The position numbers and the translations under genes were made by a program. Below, piece after piece: positions 26,001 through 39,781 of a stretch of DNA of 64,000 bases. The first letter of the stretch is position 1; each line of letters opens with the position of its first letter. The notes under the pieces are model-generated. The model saw only the letters and a list, made by a program, of their open reading frames with translations. It was not told the origin of the DNA and did not search any database. The stretch comes from Chiloscyllium plagiosum. Its lineage: Eukaryota. The DNA lies in contig NC_057718.1 of assembly GCF_004010195.1 (NCBI RefSeq), positions 11,480,406-11,544,405 on the forward strand, read 5' to 3'.

Positions 26001-26910
26001 ACCATAAGACCATAAGACATAGGAGTGGAAGTAAGGCCATTCGGCCCATCAAGTCCACTCCCGCCATTTAATCACGGCTGATGGGCATTTCAACTCCACT
26101 TACCAGCATTCTCCCTGTAGCCCTTAATTCCTTGTGAGATCAAGACTTTATCAATCTCTGCCTTGAAGACGTTTAACGTCCCGGCCTCCACTGCACTCTG
26201 TGGCAATGAATTCCACAGGCCCACCACTCTCTGGCTGAAGAAATGTCTCCTCATTTCTGTTGTAAATTGACCCCCTCTAATTCTAAGGCTGTAACCACGG
26301 GTCCTAGTCTTCCCGCTTAACAGAAACAACTTCCCAGCGTCCACCCTTTCTAAGCCATGAATTATCTTGTGAGTTTCTGTTAGATCTCCCCTCAACCTTC
26401 TAAACTCTAATGAATACAATCCCAGGATCCTCAGCCAATCATCGTATGTTAGGCCTACCATTCCAGGGATCATCCGTGTGAATCTCCGCTGGACACGCTC
26501 CAGTGCCAGAATGTCCTTCCTGAGGTGTGCGGCCCAAAACTGGACACGGTATTCCAAATGGGGCCTAACCAGAGCTTTATAAAGTCTCAGTAGCACATCG
26601 CTGCTTTTATATTCTAACCCTCTTGAGATAAATGACAACATTACATTTCCTTTCTTAACCACAGACTCAACCTGCAAGTTAACCTTTAGAGAATCCTGGA
26701 CTAGCACTCCCAGATCCCTTTGTACTTTGGCTTTATGAACTTTCTCACCGTTTAGGAAATAGCCCAGGCCTGTATTTTTTTCCCCAAAGTGCAAGACCTC
26801 GCATTTGCTCACATTGAATTTCATCAGCCATTTCCTGGACCACTCTCCGAAACTGTCTAAATCTTTTTGTAGCCTCCCCACCTCCTCAGAACTACCTGCC
26901 TGTCCGCCTA
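26001..26910 (-). mobile_element. CR1 LINE, 5'-truncated, relatively young (ORF2 C-terminus open)
   Basis: 263-aa frame with LQKDLD...FNVSKC...RDLGV...LYKALVRPHLEY...RRLRGDL...FFSQRVVGLWNSLP; (TCTTATGG)n tail. Confidence 0.92.
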
Positions 26911-28354
26911 CAAATCAGGTAGCCAGAAAGTGAAGGATAGAACCGAGACCAATCTTTACACATGTTTATGCTTTTATTTACAAAGCTACACATGATCAAT
27001 ACACCCTCAATGCTGAAGTCTAAAATTTCCATCTGCATCTTTATGTAGGAGCACGAGTGAATTTCCAGTTAATACCCATCACTTGAATAACCATCTCAAT
27101 TATCACACAACTTAAGTGCAGGCCCTCTGCCCTGTTGAAGTAGATTATGGTTAATCTTGATGGCTTTTAGCCCAGGCCTTGTCTTCATAGCTTTTGGTAC
27201 CAAAGATCACCAATCTCCATTTGAAAATTAAACTTGACTTTGATTCTTCGCTGGGATGTGAGTCCTCATTCACACATTGGCTTTAAGTCCTTGCGCCCAA
27301 GTATCTGTGTGAACCTGGGGAGAAACACCACCAGGTGTTAGACAGCCCCTTTTGGCCTGGAGAGTCAGCTCTCCCTCACCTCAGTCACAATTCTGCAAGC
27401 ATACTGATTCCAAACCCCATCCTCCCAGGGACCAGATGAATGGTACAGTATTTTTGCAAAGCAAGAGGAGGAGGTCATGTACCCCTGTTTATGCCATTTC
27501 ACCCTTAAATTCAGTCATGACTGGTCTGTGGCCTAACCCTACATCCCCTGCCATGGTCCTTCATGACCTTAATTAAATAAAAATCACAGCAATCTCAATT
27601 TGACGAGTGCCAAGGGATCTGGTATCAACAGCTGTTGATGGAAGAGAGTTCCAATCTTCCATCACCCACTGTGTGTACAAGGGTGTTCCATATTAACTTC
27701 TTTCAGCGGTATCTTTAAGTTTTAAACAATGTGCCTGACTCATGGACTCACTAAATGACATAAGAACTAGAAGCAAGAGGAGGCCATTCAGCCCCTTGAG
27801 CCTGCTTCGCCATTTAGCATGATCATGGCTGATCTCACCTCGGTCTCAACTCCATTTTCCACTCTTTAACCCTTTAACCTGTTACTAATTAAAAATCTAT
27901 CACATTAATGTCCCAGCATCCAACACACACTGGGGTAGTGAATTCCACAGATTCATGACTCAGGAAGGGAGTAATTCCTCCTCTTCCCTGTTTTAATTCT
28001 GCCCTCCCACCGTAAATCCCAGACCTCTTGTTTTAGATTGCACTGGAGAGAGCTCAAAAGCAGAACCCATCCATCCTGAGCTTTCCAGTGGGTTCCCCTA
28101 AAAACTGTGAAAACCTCAATCAAATTGCACCACTCCCCCTCACCCCCTATATTACAAAGAATACAATCCGAGTTTTTGTAACCCTTGCTCTTAATAATGT
28201 CTGGAATCAAAAGATTAACTGATGATAAACCTCGATTGTGCTTCTTCTGAGGTCGATATATTCTTTCTGAAATGCAGCATTCAGAATGACTTACAGTGAC
28301 TCCACATAACAACCTGACCAGAGTTTGTATGGCTGAAGAATAACTCACTGTATG

Positions 28355-28560
28355 CTCAGGAGCTGGTTAGCTCAGTTGGCTGGAAGGCCAGTTTATGATG
28401 GAGAGGAATGAAAACAGCATGGCGTCAATTCCCATATCAGCTGAAGTCACCCCAAAGGACTCTCCTTCTCAATCTCACTCCTTGCCCGAGGTGTGGGGAC
28501 TCACTGACTGAAGCACCACCAGTCATCTCTATCGAATGAGATAAACCCCCTGGTCCAATA
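28355..28560 (+). mobile_element. Decayed tRNA-headed SINE (related minus-strand copy ~11090-11250)
   Basis: GCTGGTTAGCTCAGTTGG head and mutual similarity between the two copies. Confidence 0.5.
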
Positions 28561-29009
28561 GGACAATTTTCAAAGGGAGCTCATGTCTCATGGTAATGTC
28601 GCTGGACCAGGGGTTTAAATCCACCCAGCAGAATTTTAAATTCAATGAATAATTCCGCAACATAGAGCTGGTCTCGATGATGGTGACCATTATAACTGCC
28701 ATCGATTCTTATTAAAACTCATCTGAGGGTACTCATTCCTTTGAGGGAAAGAAATCTGCAGTCCATACCTGGTCTGGTCTATGTGGGAGTGCAGACCCCC
28801 TGCATTGTCATCGACTCCTGGTTGCTGTCACCTATGGCCTGGGAAGTGACTCAGTACAACAACAAATATAAGTCATGTCTGTGATGACCACATCCCATGT
28901 ACCAATACAAAGGACAGCATTCCATTAACCTTCTATGATCATTTTCGGCAAATAATTGTGACATTTTAATGATCTACTGAGCTAAGCTACCAACTCACCT
29001 TGGGATTCC

Positions 29010-32000
29010 AGTGCAGTCACCCCAGGTCCCAGTACTGCAGTGACTCCAGGTCCCAGTATTGCCAGTGACCCCAGACCCCAGTACTGCAGTGACCCCAGAC
29101 CCCAGTACTGCAGTGACCCCAGGTCCCAGTACTGCCAGTGACCCCAGGTCCCAGTACTGCAGTGACCCCAGACCCCAGTACTGCAGTGACCCCAGACCCA
29201 AGTACTGCAGTGACCCCAGACCCCAGTACTGCAGTGACCCCAGGCCCCAGTACTGCAGTGACCCAGACCCCACTACTGCAGTGACCCCAGACCCCAGTAC
29301 TGCAGTGACCCCAAACCCCAGTACTGCAGTGACCCCAGGTCTCAGTACAGCAGTGACCCCAGGTCCCAGTACTGCAGTGACCCCAAGTCCCAGTACTGCA
29401 GTGACCCCAAGTCCCAGTACTGCAGTGACCCCAGGCCCCAGTACTGCAGTGACCCCAGACCCCAGTACTGCAGTCACCCCAAGTCCCAGTACTGCAGTGA
29501 CCCCAAGTCCCAGTACTGCAGTGACCCAGACCCCAGTACTGCAGTGACCCCAGACCCCAGTACTGCAGTGACCCCAGACCCCAGTACTGCAGTGACCCCA
29601 GGCCCCAGTACTGCAGTGACCCAGACCCCAGTACTGCAGTGACCCCAGACCCCATTACTGCAGTGACCCCAGGCCCCAGTACTGCAGTGACCCCAGGCCC
29701 CAGTACTGCAGTGACCCCAGGTCCCAGTACTGCAGTGACCCCTGGTCCCAGTACTGCAGTGACCCCAGGTCCCAGTACTGCAGTAACCCCAGGCCCCAGT
29801 AATGCAATGACCCCAGGCCCCAGTACTGCAGTGACCCCAGGCCCCAGTACTGCCGTGACCTCAGACCCCAATACTGCAGTGACCCAGACCCCAGTACTGC
29901 AGTGACCCCAGGCCCCAGTACTGCAGTGACCCCAGGTCCCAGTACTGCAGTGACCCCAAGTCCCAGTACTGCAGTGACCCCAGGTCCCAGTACTGCAGTA
30001 ACCCCAGGCCCCAGTAATGCAATGACTCCAGGCCCCAGTACTGCAGTGACCCCAGGCCCCAGTACTGCCGTGACCTCAGACCCCAATACTGCAGTGACTC
30101 CAGACCCCAGTACTGCAGTGACTCCAGACCTCAGTACTGCAGTGACCCCAGACCCCAGTACTGCAGTGACTCCAGACCCCAGTACTGCAGTGACACCAGA
30201 CCCCAGTACTGCAGTGACCCCAGACCCCAGTACGGCAGTGACTCCAGACCCCAGTACTGCAGTGACCCCAGACCCTTGTACTACAATAACTCCAGGTCCC
30301 AGTACTACAATAAATCCAGGCCCCAGTATTACAATAGCTCCAGGCCCCAGTACTGCATTGACCCCAGACCCCAGTACTACAAAACTTCCAGACCCCACTA
30401 CTGCAACAACTCCAGGCCCCAGTACAGCTGTAACCCCAGGTCCCAATACTGCATTGCCCCCAGACCCCAGTACTACAATAACTCCATGCCCCACCACTAC
30501 AATAACTCCAGGCCCCAGTACTGCAATAACTCCAGGTCCCAATACTGAAGTGACCCCAGGTCCCAGTACTGCCGTGACCCCAGGCCCCAGTACTGCATTG
30601 CCCCCAGACCCCAGTACTACAATAACTCCATGCTTCACCACTACAATAACTCCAGGCCCCAGTACTGCAATAACTCCAGGTCCCAATACTGCAGTGACCC
30701 CAGGTCCCAGTACTGCCGTGACCCCAGGCCCCAGTCCTGCATTGCCCCCAGACCCCAGTACTACAATAACTCCAGGCCCCAGTACTCCAATAACTCCAGG
30801 CCCCAGTACTACAAAACTCCAGGCCCCAGTACTACAATAACTCCATGCCCGAGTACTACAATGACTCGAGGCCTCAGTACAGCCGTGACCCCAGCCCCAG
30901 TACTACAAATCTCCAGGCCCCAGTACTACAATAACGCCAGGCTCCAGTACTACAATAACTCCAGTTCCCAGTACAACAATAACTCCCAGTTCCGTACTAC
31001 AATAGTTCCAGGCCACAGTACTACAATAACTCCCTGCTCCAGCACTGCAATAACTCCAGGTCCCAGTACTGCAATAACTCCAGGTCCCAGTACTGCAGTG
31101 ACCCCAGGTCCCAGTACTGCCTTGACCCCAGGCCCCAGTCCTGCATTGCCCCCAGACCACACTACTACATTAACGCCAGGCCCCAGTACTACAAAACTCC
31201 AGGCCCCAGTACTGCCATGACCCCAGCCCCAGTACTACAATAACTCCAGGCCACACTACTACAATAACTCCCTGCTCCAGTACTACAATAACTCCAGGTC
31301 CCAGTACTGTAATAAGTCCAGGTCCCAGTACTGTAATAACTCCAGGCCCCAGTACTGTAGTGACCCCAGGCCCCTGTACTGCAGTGACTCCAGACCCCAG
31401 TACTACAATAACTCCAGGCCCCAGTACTACAATAACCCCAGGCCCCAGTACTACAATATCTCCCTGCTCCAGTACTACAATAACTACAGGTCCCAGTACT
31501 GCAATAACTCCAGGTTCCAGTACTACAATAACTCCAGGTCCCAGTACTGCAATAACTCCAGGTCCCAGTACTGTAATAACTCCAGGTCCCAGTACTGCAA
31601 TAACTCCCTGCTCCAGTACTACAATAACTCCAGGCTCCAGTACTACAATAACTCCAGGTGCCAGTACTGCAATAACTCCAGGTCCCAGTACTGCACTAAC
31701 TCCCTGCTCCAGTACTACAATAACTCCCTGCTCCAGTATTACAATAACTCCAGGTCCCAGTACTGTAATAACTCCAGGTCCCAGTACTGTAATAACTCCA
31801 GGCCCCAGTACTGTAGTGACCCCAGGCCCCAGTACTGCAGTGTCCCCAGACCCCAGTACTGCAGTGACTCCAGACCCCAGTACTGCAGAGACCCCAGACC
31901 CCAGTACTACAATAACTCCAGGCTCCAGTACTACAATAAATCCAGGCCCCACTACTGCAACAACGCCAGGCCCCATCACTGCATTGCCCCCAGGCCCCAG

Positions 32001-34115
32001 TACTACAATAACCCCAGGCCCCACTACTACAATAACTCCCTGCTCCAGTACTACAATAACTCCAGGTCCTAGTACTGCAATAACTCCAGGTCCCAGTACT
32101 ACAATAACTCCAGGTCCCACTACGACAATAACTCCAGGCTCCAGTACTACAATAACTCCAGGTCCCAGTACTACAATAACTCCAGGTCCCAGTACTACAA
32201 TAACCCCAGGCGCCACTACTACAATAACTCCAGGTCCCAGTACTACAATAACTCCAGGTCCCAGTACTGCAATAACTCCAGGTCCCAGTACTGCAATAAC
32301 TCCCTGCTCCAGTACTACAATAACTCCAGGCTCCAGTACTACAATAACTCCAGGTCCCAGTACTGCAATAACTCCAGGTCCCAGTACTGCAATAACTCCC
32401 TGCTCCAGTACTACAATAACTCCAGGTCCCAGTACTACAATAACTCCAGGTCCCAGTACTACAATAACTCCAGGTCCCAGTACTACAATAACTCCAGGTC
32501 CCAGTACTACAATAACTCCAGGTCCCAGTACTACAATAACTCCAGGTCCCAGTACTACAATAACTCCAGGTCCCAGTACTACAATAACTCCAGGTCCCAG
32601 TACTACAATAACTCCAGGTCCCAGTACTACAATAACTCCAGGTCCCAGTACTACAATAACTCCAGGTCCCAGTACTACAATAACTCCAGGTCCCAGTACT
32701 ACAATAACTCCAGGTCCCAGTACTACAATAACTCCAGGTCCCAGTACTACAATAACTCCAGGTCCCAGTACTACAATAACTCCAGGTCCCAGTACTACAA
32801 TAACTCCAGGTCCCAGTACTACAATAACTCCAGGTCCCAGTACTACAATAACTCCAGGTCCCAGTACTACAATAACTCCAGGTCCCAGTACTACAATAAC
32901 TCCAGGTCCCAGTACTACAATAACTCCAGGTCCCAGTACTACAATAACTCCAGGTCCCAGTACTACAATAACTCCAGGTCCCAGTACTACAATAACTCCA
33001 GGTCCCAGTACTACAATAACTCCAGGTCCCAGTACTACAATAACTCCAGGTCCCAGTACTACAATAACTCCAGGTCCCAGTACTACAATAACTCCAGGTC
33101 CCAGTACTACAATAACTCCAGGTCCCAGTACTACAATAACTCCAGGTCCCAGTACTACAATAACTCCAGGTCCCAGTACTACAATAACTCCAGGTCCCAG
33201 TACTACAATAACTCCAGGTCCCAGTACTGCAATAACTCCAGGTCCCAGTACTGCAATAACTCCCTGCTCCAGTACTGCAATAACTCCCTGCTCCAGTACT
33301 GCAATAACTCCCTGCTCCAGTACTGCAATAACTCCCTGCTCCAGTACTGCAATAACTCCCTGCTCCAGTACTGCAATAACTCCCTGCTCCAGTACTGCAA
33401 TAACTCCCTGCTCCAGTACTGCAATAACTCCCTGCTCCAGTACTGCAATAACTCCCTGCTCCAGTACTGCAATAACTCCCTGCTCCAGTACTGCAATAAC
33501 TCCCTGCTCCAGTACTACAATAACTCCAGGTCCCAGTACTACAATAACCCCCTGCTCCAGTACTGCAATAACTCCAGGTCCCAGTACTGCAATAACTCCC
33601 TGCTCCAGTACTGCAATAACTCCCTGCTCCAGTACTGCAATAACTCCCTGCTCCAGTACTGCAATAACTCCCTGCTCCAGTACTGCAATAACTCCCTGCT
33701 CCAGTACTGCAATAACTCCCTGCTCCAGTACTGCAATAACTCCCTGCTCCAGTACTGCAATAACTCCCTGTCCCAGTACTGCAATAACTCCCTGCTCCAG
33801 TACTGCAATAACTCCCTGCTCCAGTACTACAATAACTCCCTGCTCCAGTACTACAATAACTCCAGGTCCCAGTACTACAATAGCCCCCTGCTCCAGTACT
33901 ACAATAACTCCAGGTCCCAGTACTACAATAACCCCCTGCTCCAGTACTACAATAACCCCCTGCTCCAGTACTACAATAACTCCAGGCCCCAGTACTACAA
34001 TAACTCCAGGTCCCAGTACTGCATTGACCCCAGTCCTCAGTACTACTATAACTCCCGGCTCTAGTACTACAATAACTCCAGGCCTCAGTACTACAATAAC
34101 TGAAAGCCCCAGTAT
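29010..34115. repeat. Minisatellite, 24-bp unit (ACCCCAGGTCCCAGTACTGCAGTG grading to ACTCCAGGTCCCAGTACTACAATA and ACTCCCTGCTCCAGTACTGCAATA)
   Basis: About 210 units arranged in variant domains, with occasional 23-bp units; abuts a SINE at its right end. Confidence 0.97.
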
Positions 34116-34120
34116 TGTGG

Positions 34121-34437
34121 GTGGACGGCACGGTGGCTCAGTGGTTAGCACTGCTGCCTCACAGTGCCAGCGACCCAGGTTCAATTCCCGCCTTGGGTGA
34201 CTGTCTGTGTGGAGTTTGAACATTCTTCCTTTGTCTGCGTGGGTGTACTCTGGGTGCTCCAGTTTCCTCCCACAATCCAAAGATGTGAAAGTGAATTGGC
34301 CATGCTAAATTGCCCATTCTGTTAGGTGCATTTGTCAGGGTAAATATAAGGTCAGGGAATGGGTCTAGGTGGGTTACCCTTCAGAGGGTCTTGTTCGGCC
34401 AAATGGCCTGTTTCCATACTGTAGGGAATCTAATCTA
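34121..34437 (+). mobile_element. HE1-type SINE
   Basis: Same head, central domain and gaatctaatc tail. Confidence 0.85.
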
Positions 34438-34988
34438 CTGCAATGACTCTCGGCCTACAGACCATAGTACTGTACTGACTCCTGGCAATCTCACAGGCCC
34501 CCAGCCATCCTGGGCTATTCAGTATCCAAATGCCAGCCTACCCAGGGTATGCCTTCACTTTGCTGAGCTGACTTGCTTTTAGTATTTTTAGTGAAGCTTT
34601 AACAAGCGCCTGAGACAGCAGCTTCTCGTTAAAGTGCCTCTCATTGCAGCCGAGGCCTGCTCTGTTTCGGGAGCCTGCTGGCTGTCCTTACATGCCCAGG
34701 GACACTGTCTCTGTGCCAACTGGAAATAGTCCCAACTCCTGCTTCCACTTCCATCAGGACAATTTGTGGAGTGCATGCTGACTGGGCTCACGAATGTCAA
34801 AGTGTTCAGTTGTCAGATCTGTGGCTTATTTTCCATGTTTCATGTCAGGGTAGGCTGACCACACTTTAATGTTGAAGGCGTATCCATTTCCTTTCCTCCT
34901 CTCCTCTCAGGGGGTCGAAGTCTGTGGAATTCACTTCCCTGGAACATTTTGGAAGCAGGGTCATTGAGCATGAGTTAGAAACATTCGT

Positions 34989-35207
34989 GATTGATGGGGA
35001 GTCAAGGAGTACTGGGGGCTAGGTGGGGATTGATGGGGAGTCAAGGAGTCAAGGAGTACTGGGGGCTAGGTGGGGATTGATGGGGAGTCAAGGAGTCAAG
35101 GAGTACTGGGGGCTAGGTGGGGATTGATGGGGAGTCAAGGAGTCAAGGAGTACTGGGGGCTAGGTGGGGATTGATGGGGAGTCAAGGAGTACTGGGGGCT
35201 AGGTGGG
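34989..35207. repeat. Short tandem repeat, 5 units of 39/47/47/47/39 bp, inside a decayed CR1 3' end
   Basis: GATTGATGGGGAGTCAAGGAGT(CAAGGAGT)ACTGGGGGCTAGGTGGG starting at 34989, 35028, 35075, 35122 and 35169. Confidence 0.9.
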
Positions 35208-37584
35208 AAAGCGGGGTTGAGTCTTCTGGTCAGAATAGACCATGATCTTATTGAATAGTGGAGCAGGCAAGGTGTTTGCTCCTATGGGCCAGAGTTTTGT
35301 CATTACTAAATGCTTTTCCATCAGTTCACACATTGGGGCTTGGGCACTGCCCTGTAGCACTCTGCTGCACTGACAGCCTTTGGTTTAAAACCAATTAGAA
35401 GATGCAAGCCTTAACATTGCCCTTTCGTTTTTTTATTCCCTCAAGCAGAGCAGGGGGCAAAAGTGGATTCTCAAAAGGTGGCATATGTGCCATGCCTGTA
35501 GGGTCTTCCCAATGTGAGAGGAGGAAGCTACAGGCCGTCGTACATCAATTTACCCACACTGCACAGCAGGAGGCAACAGGGCTCCAACGGGAACCTTGTA
35601 ACAAGTCACCCTAAACGTATCAATGTGGAAGGAAGAGCTATGTATAAAGTTACTTATGGACCCACCAGGTTTCAATTAAATGTAGGATATTTTGAGTGAG
35701 GAGATTCATGATCTTGCCAGAACTGGGTCTTGCCCAGCCTTCCTGAGCTAAGGGATTGTGAAATAGAAATTGAACAAGCAGGAGAGTTGGAAGAGCATTC
35801 ATTGGTTCCTCTTCAGTGGGGGAATACTTCCTCATCTCGAGCTTCAGTTAACTTTAGAACCGACAAAGAAGGTCAAGGAAAGATCAAGGTACTCATTAAA
35901 AGCAAAACTGCTGGAAATCTGAGACAAAAACAAAAAATGCTGGAGAAATTTAGCGGGTCTGGCAGCATCTGTGTTAATGGCTTGAATCCAATATCTCTTT
36001 GGAAGTGATCGCTCTTCATGTATGAAGAAGAGTCATAACAGATTCTAAACATTAACTGTTTCCTCTCACCACAGATGCTGCCAGACTTGCTGAGTTTCTC
36101 CAGCCTTCTTCATTTTTATTTCAGCTGTTCATTGGTGCTCAGACAATACCTGCCCTGTCTCCTCACTCCTGAAATCACTCACTCCAGGAATAGTTTGAGG
36201 AACCATTCCTTCCTGATAAAGGCCCAGAAAGCAGTTGCAGTGACATATCTCGAGCTTAACTTACCTAACACAGAAATGACCTCATCCCCACCATTCCAGA
36301 ATGTTCTTACTCCTGAATATCCTCCTGAATGTCATACTCACCATCTTTACCCCCAGCTCACAACATTTATAACCCATCCATCATGATTCTATCCTTTGAT
36401 TCTGGAAGGCTCTCTCTCGCTTTCACCTTCACATACATTCTCTGTTTTCAAAGACTCACAGAAAAGCTCACAAATCCTTACAGTGCACAAACAGGCCATC
36501 GAGAACACAGGACAGTACAGAACAATACAGGCCCTTTGGCTCTCAACGTTGTATCGGCTTTTTATCCTAATTTGTCCCATCATGTCTGCGCAAGGTCTTT
36601 GTAAGAAACTGTCCAATTAAACCTATACTTTCTGTTCTTTCTCCACAGCTTGGCAACTCTCCTGTTTATCAAGGATTTCTCCAACTGCATTCTGAAAATT
36701 TCAATTCAATTCTGGCCCCCTCTCTGGCATTGCCTTCCTGATCATAACAAGCAGATGAGTAAACAAAGAAAATTTTCTTGCAGGTTGCAATTTAGTCAAC
36801 ATTGACAGCAAAACTGTGAAGGCTGTTCACTTCAACACAAATGTAGAATTCCATTCATCATGCAGTGTACATGGAGTCAAGAAACAATTGAATGTATTTC
36901 TTGCTGAGGGAAGGGTTGACAGACAGCGGGAGAAGGCAGTTTGATGGACTGGCTTCTGAAAGACAAGGTTTTTCTCATTATTCTTTCAGGCGATGTGGGC
37001 ATCACAGGCAAGGCACACACCCCTGCCATTGAGTGGAGTCACCACTTCACTGTCGATCGGGGGGCAAGTGTAAGCCAGACTAGGTAAGGACTTCAGATTT
37101 TCTTCCTGAAGGGGTGATCCACCTGGGCTCAAAGTAGGTGTGACCCCACGGCACAATTCTAAATGTCGAATGGCTTTCATGATGTCCTGACCAATATTTG
37201 TCCTCAACCAACGTGACAAAGACAGATCACCCCGATACTGCTCACTTGCAGCTTGTTCTGTGTGCAATATGGTTGCTGCATTCTCTTCTACGTTAGAACA
37301 GTGGCTACACCACAGAGGTTTGTGGGATTTCTAGACACTCTCTTCCTTTCTATCTAACAATCCCTGACTTCTGTGAGCTACTACAGTTTGTTGTTGCTTT
37401 CCCCTCCCCATCTATGACACACTGTTTGAACTCATGACAGAGGCATGTTGTATGACACTTATTACCCAAGGAAGAAACCATGCAGATTGCTTCTGCTCTG
37501 CTTTATCACCTGAGCCAAATGCATTGCTGTACAGGAGAGCAATCCTTTGCAAGCGAGTGCTGCAACTCTGATAAAAGAATATTG

Positions 37585-39781
37585 AAACGTAAAGCTGAGT
37601 ATTTTTATTAAATGCTTCATTAACAAACTGCACCCTTAGCTATGTACAGTTAATGTGCTAAACTTGTGTGCGCGTTTATGCATATATTTATATACTTCCA
37701 AAGAAAAAAAAAACACAATGAACAAGTGTCAAAATCTGATGAAAGAAAACGAATCCTGCAGTACTCAACTGCTTTACAATGTGAAGGCATGCACTGATGT
37801 GGCAAGATTTTGGATCAAACAACACACGGTTATCCTGATGCTCTCAGAGGGGGGTGGAATATCGCCGTACACTCATTGTGCAGTGTTTGAGGTAAATACC
37901 ACTAGAATGGAGCAATGGAAAATGTGGGAGTTGCCTGGTGCCAGCAATAGTTGGCGAAACCAACCCTGCGATCGTTGTAGGGCACGGTTTGCGATGCCTG
38001 GTCAGAAAGTGCCCGTTTATTACTGGCAGGCTTGCCCAGTTTGAATTTGCCAGGAAGAGGTCAGGCACGGGTTTTGGGGAAGGGCCTGTTGCTTGAGTGA
38101 ATATTAAGTCAGAACTGCCAAGTTCAGTTAGTACCACTCGCTTCAGGGACAGAGCAGATTAATAGAGAGGCCAATTGTGTCATGAGAGGCCTGCACAGTA
38201 TCCAAGGTAAACACCAGGCCTAAGTATAGGCCTTGGTCTCGCCTGCTTTGCAGAATACCAGAGTTTATTTTTATTTTACGATTTAAACGGATACCCAAGG
38301 TAGAGCAAATTTGACTAACAAATACTGTGTATTAACACAAATTGTTTTAACTCACAGAACACTGGTTCAGCCTTTTCGATAGTTTATTTGCCTAATATTA
38401 ATCAAAAAAATATAGATTAGGGTTTGCCGGCCAAGATTCTTTTTTTCAAATTTCGATATTGCTTCAGTGTAAACAAATAAATAAATTATTTACAATCTTT
38501 GGCAAAATTCACTGCTTCCCACAAACAATTTTTTTTTAAAGAAAGGGGGGAGAGAGAGAGAGAAAATAAAATCATAAATAAATTAAATAGGAAAATATGA
38601 TACAATCTAAATATTCACATCTTTTGCCCCCTCACCCTCTGCAAACTGTTTTCTCTTCCTTTGAAAGGTGGTCGTGTTTTGTGTGATGGTCTGTGGAACC
38701 ACTTGACGTTCCTTGTCCAACGATTCTGAGGTGCGGTGGGGGGGGGGGGTGTTGGTGTGTTGGGTAAAATGGGATGGGGAAGGGTTGGTGGGGAGGTTGG
38801 GAGAAAGGAGGGGAGGGGAGATGCAGAAAGGTTACAAGGAGGAAGGGGTTGCTTTTCATGTCAGAAGAAGTGTTAATAGCTGTCACTAACATTGAAAGAC
38901 TGCAATGTGTGTACAATAAAACAAAAATGATATGTGATATATAGAATATACATAGATGCACATCCACATATATTCAGATGAAGCCGATATATTATTGGTT
39001 GCGGCTTGCTTTGTCTATGAAGCACCCGCCCAGAATAGCTTTCACTCAGCTGAGCATGTCAGTTAAATCAATTCAGTGTTACATAAGAGAGAGAATGTCT
39101 ATAGGATTTGTATGTTATGACTGCAATAGCTGTGCCTCGTGTAATACCGAATGGCTGAAAGCTTTTACATACAGACAATGAAATGTGCTAGAAAAAGTTG
39201 TAAACAAAGTGTTTTGAAAACTTTTTTTTGTAATTCATTCTTGTTTCCCAGAAGATGTCATTTTTAAACATTGTTAAATCAGACTTCCTTCTTTCTCTCA
39301 TTTTTTTTTGTTAAAGAAAGTAACAGTCCGAGTCTCCTTGACAACAGCCTTATCAGAAAATAGTAACGGCAGGCTTAAATTGCAGTACGATACGTTTGTT
39401 AAATGATCAGTAATCCCTCTAACTAGGTATAGTGACAGTTGCGAGACGTGTCGGAGATACAGTCGGCTTCCTGTCGGGAACATCTAGGTTTGCCGCATTC
39501 CTGCCAGGCCGTTCAGAGGGAGCTGGTGCACAGAGCGGGAGGGAACAGTCACCACAGTTGGCTGAAGGTGAATGGAGTTGTGTGTGAGGGAAGGGGAACG
39601 GGGTCGGGGAACAGTGTGGAGGGGCCACAGGTCGAAGGTTACACTCAGAACGACAATGGAGGGGGCGGGGACGGGGACGGAAGGAGGGGTGGGCGGAAAG
39701 TCGGGACTCCCAGTCCAGTTGAGGTGACGGGGCAGCACAGGAACATCCAGGGATTCCATCGCGTGTGCCGCCAGCGGGTGC
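37585..39781 (-). other. Putative 3'UTR of the THBS2-like gene
   Basis: TE-free, U-rich on the minus strand, with AU-rich elements, Pumilio motifs (38494-38487, 37648-37641) and miR-30 8-mer matches (39206-39199, 38475-38468). The end point is inferred from the polyA signal. Confidence 0.6.
37604..37609 (-). promoter_or_regulatory. Candidate polyadenylation signal AATAAA (alternatives at 38388-38383, 38275-38270, 38269-38264)
   Basis: tttatt on + strand, preceded in the transcript by TGTA and followed by a U-rich tract. Confidence 0.5.

Noticed and set aside
31170..34280. 1036-aa and 811-aa minus-strand ORFs
   Set aside because: They start in or beside a SINE and read through the 24-bp array; no domain content.
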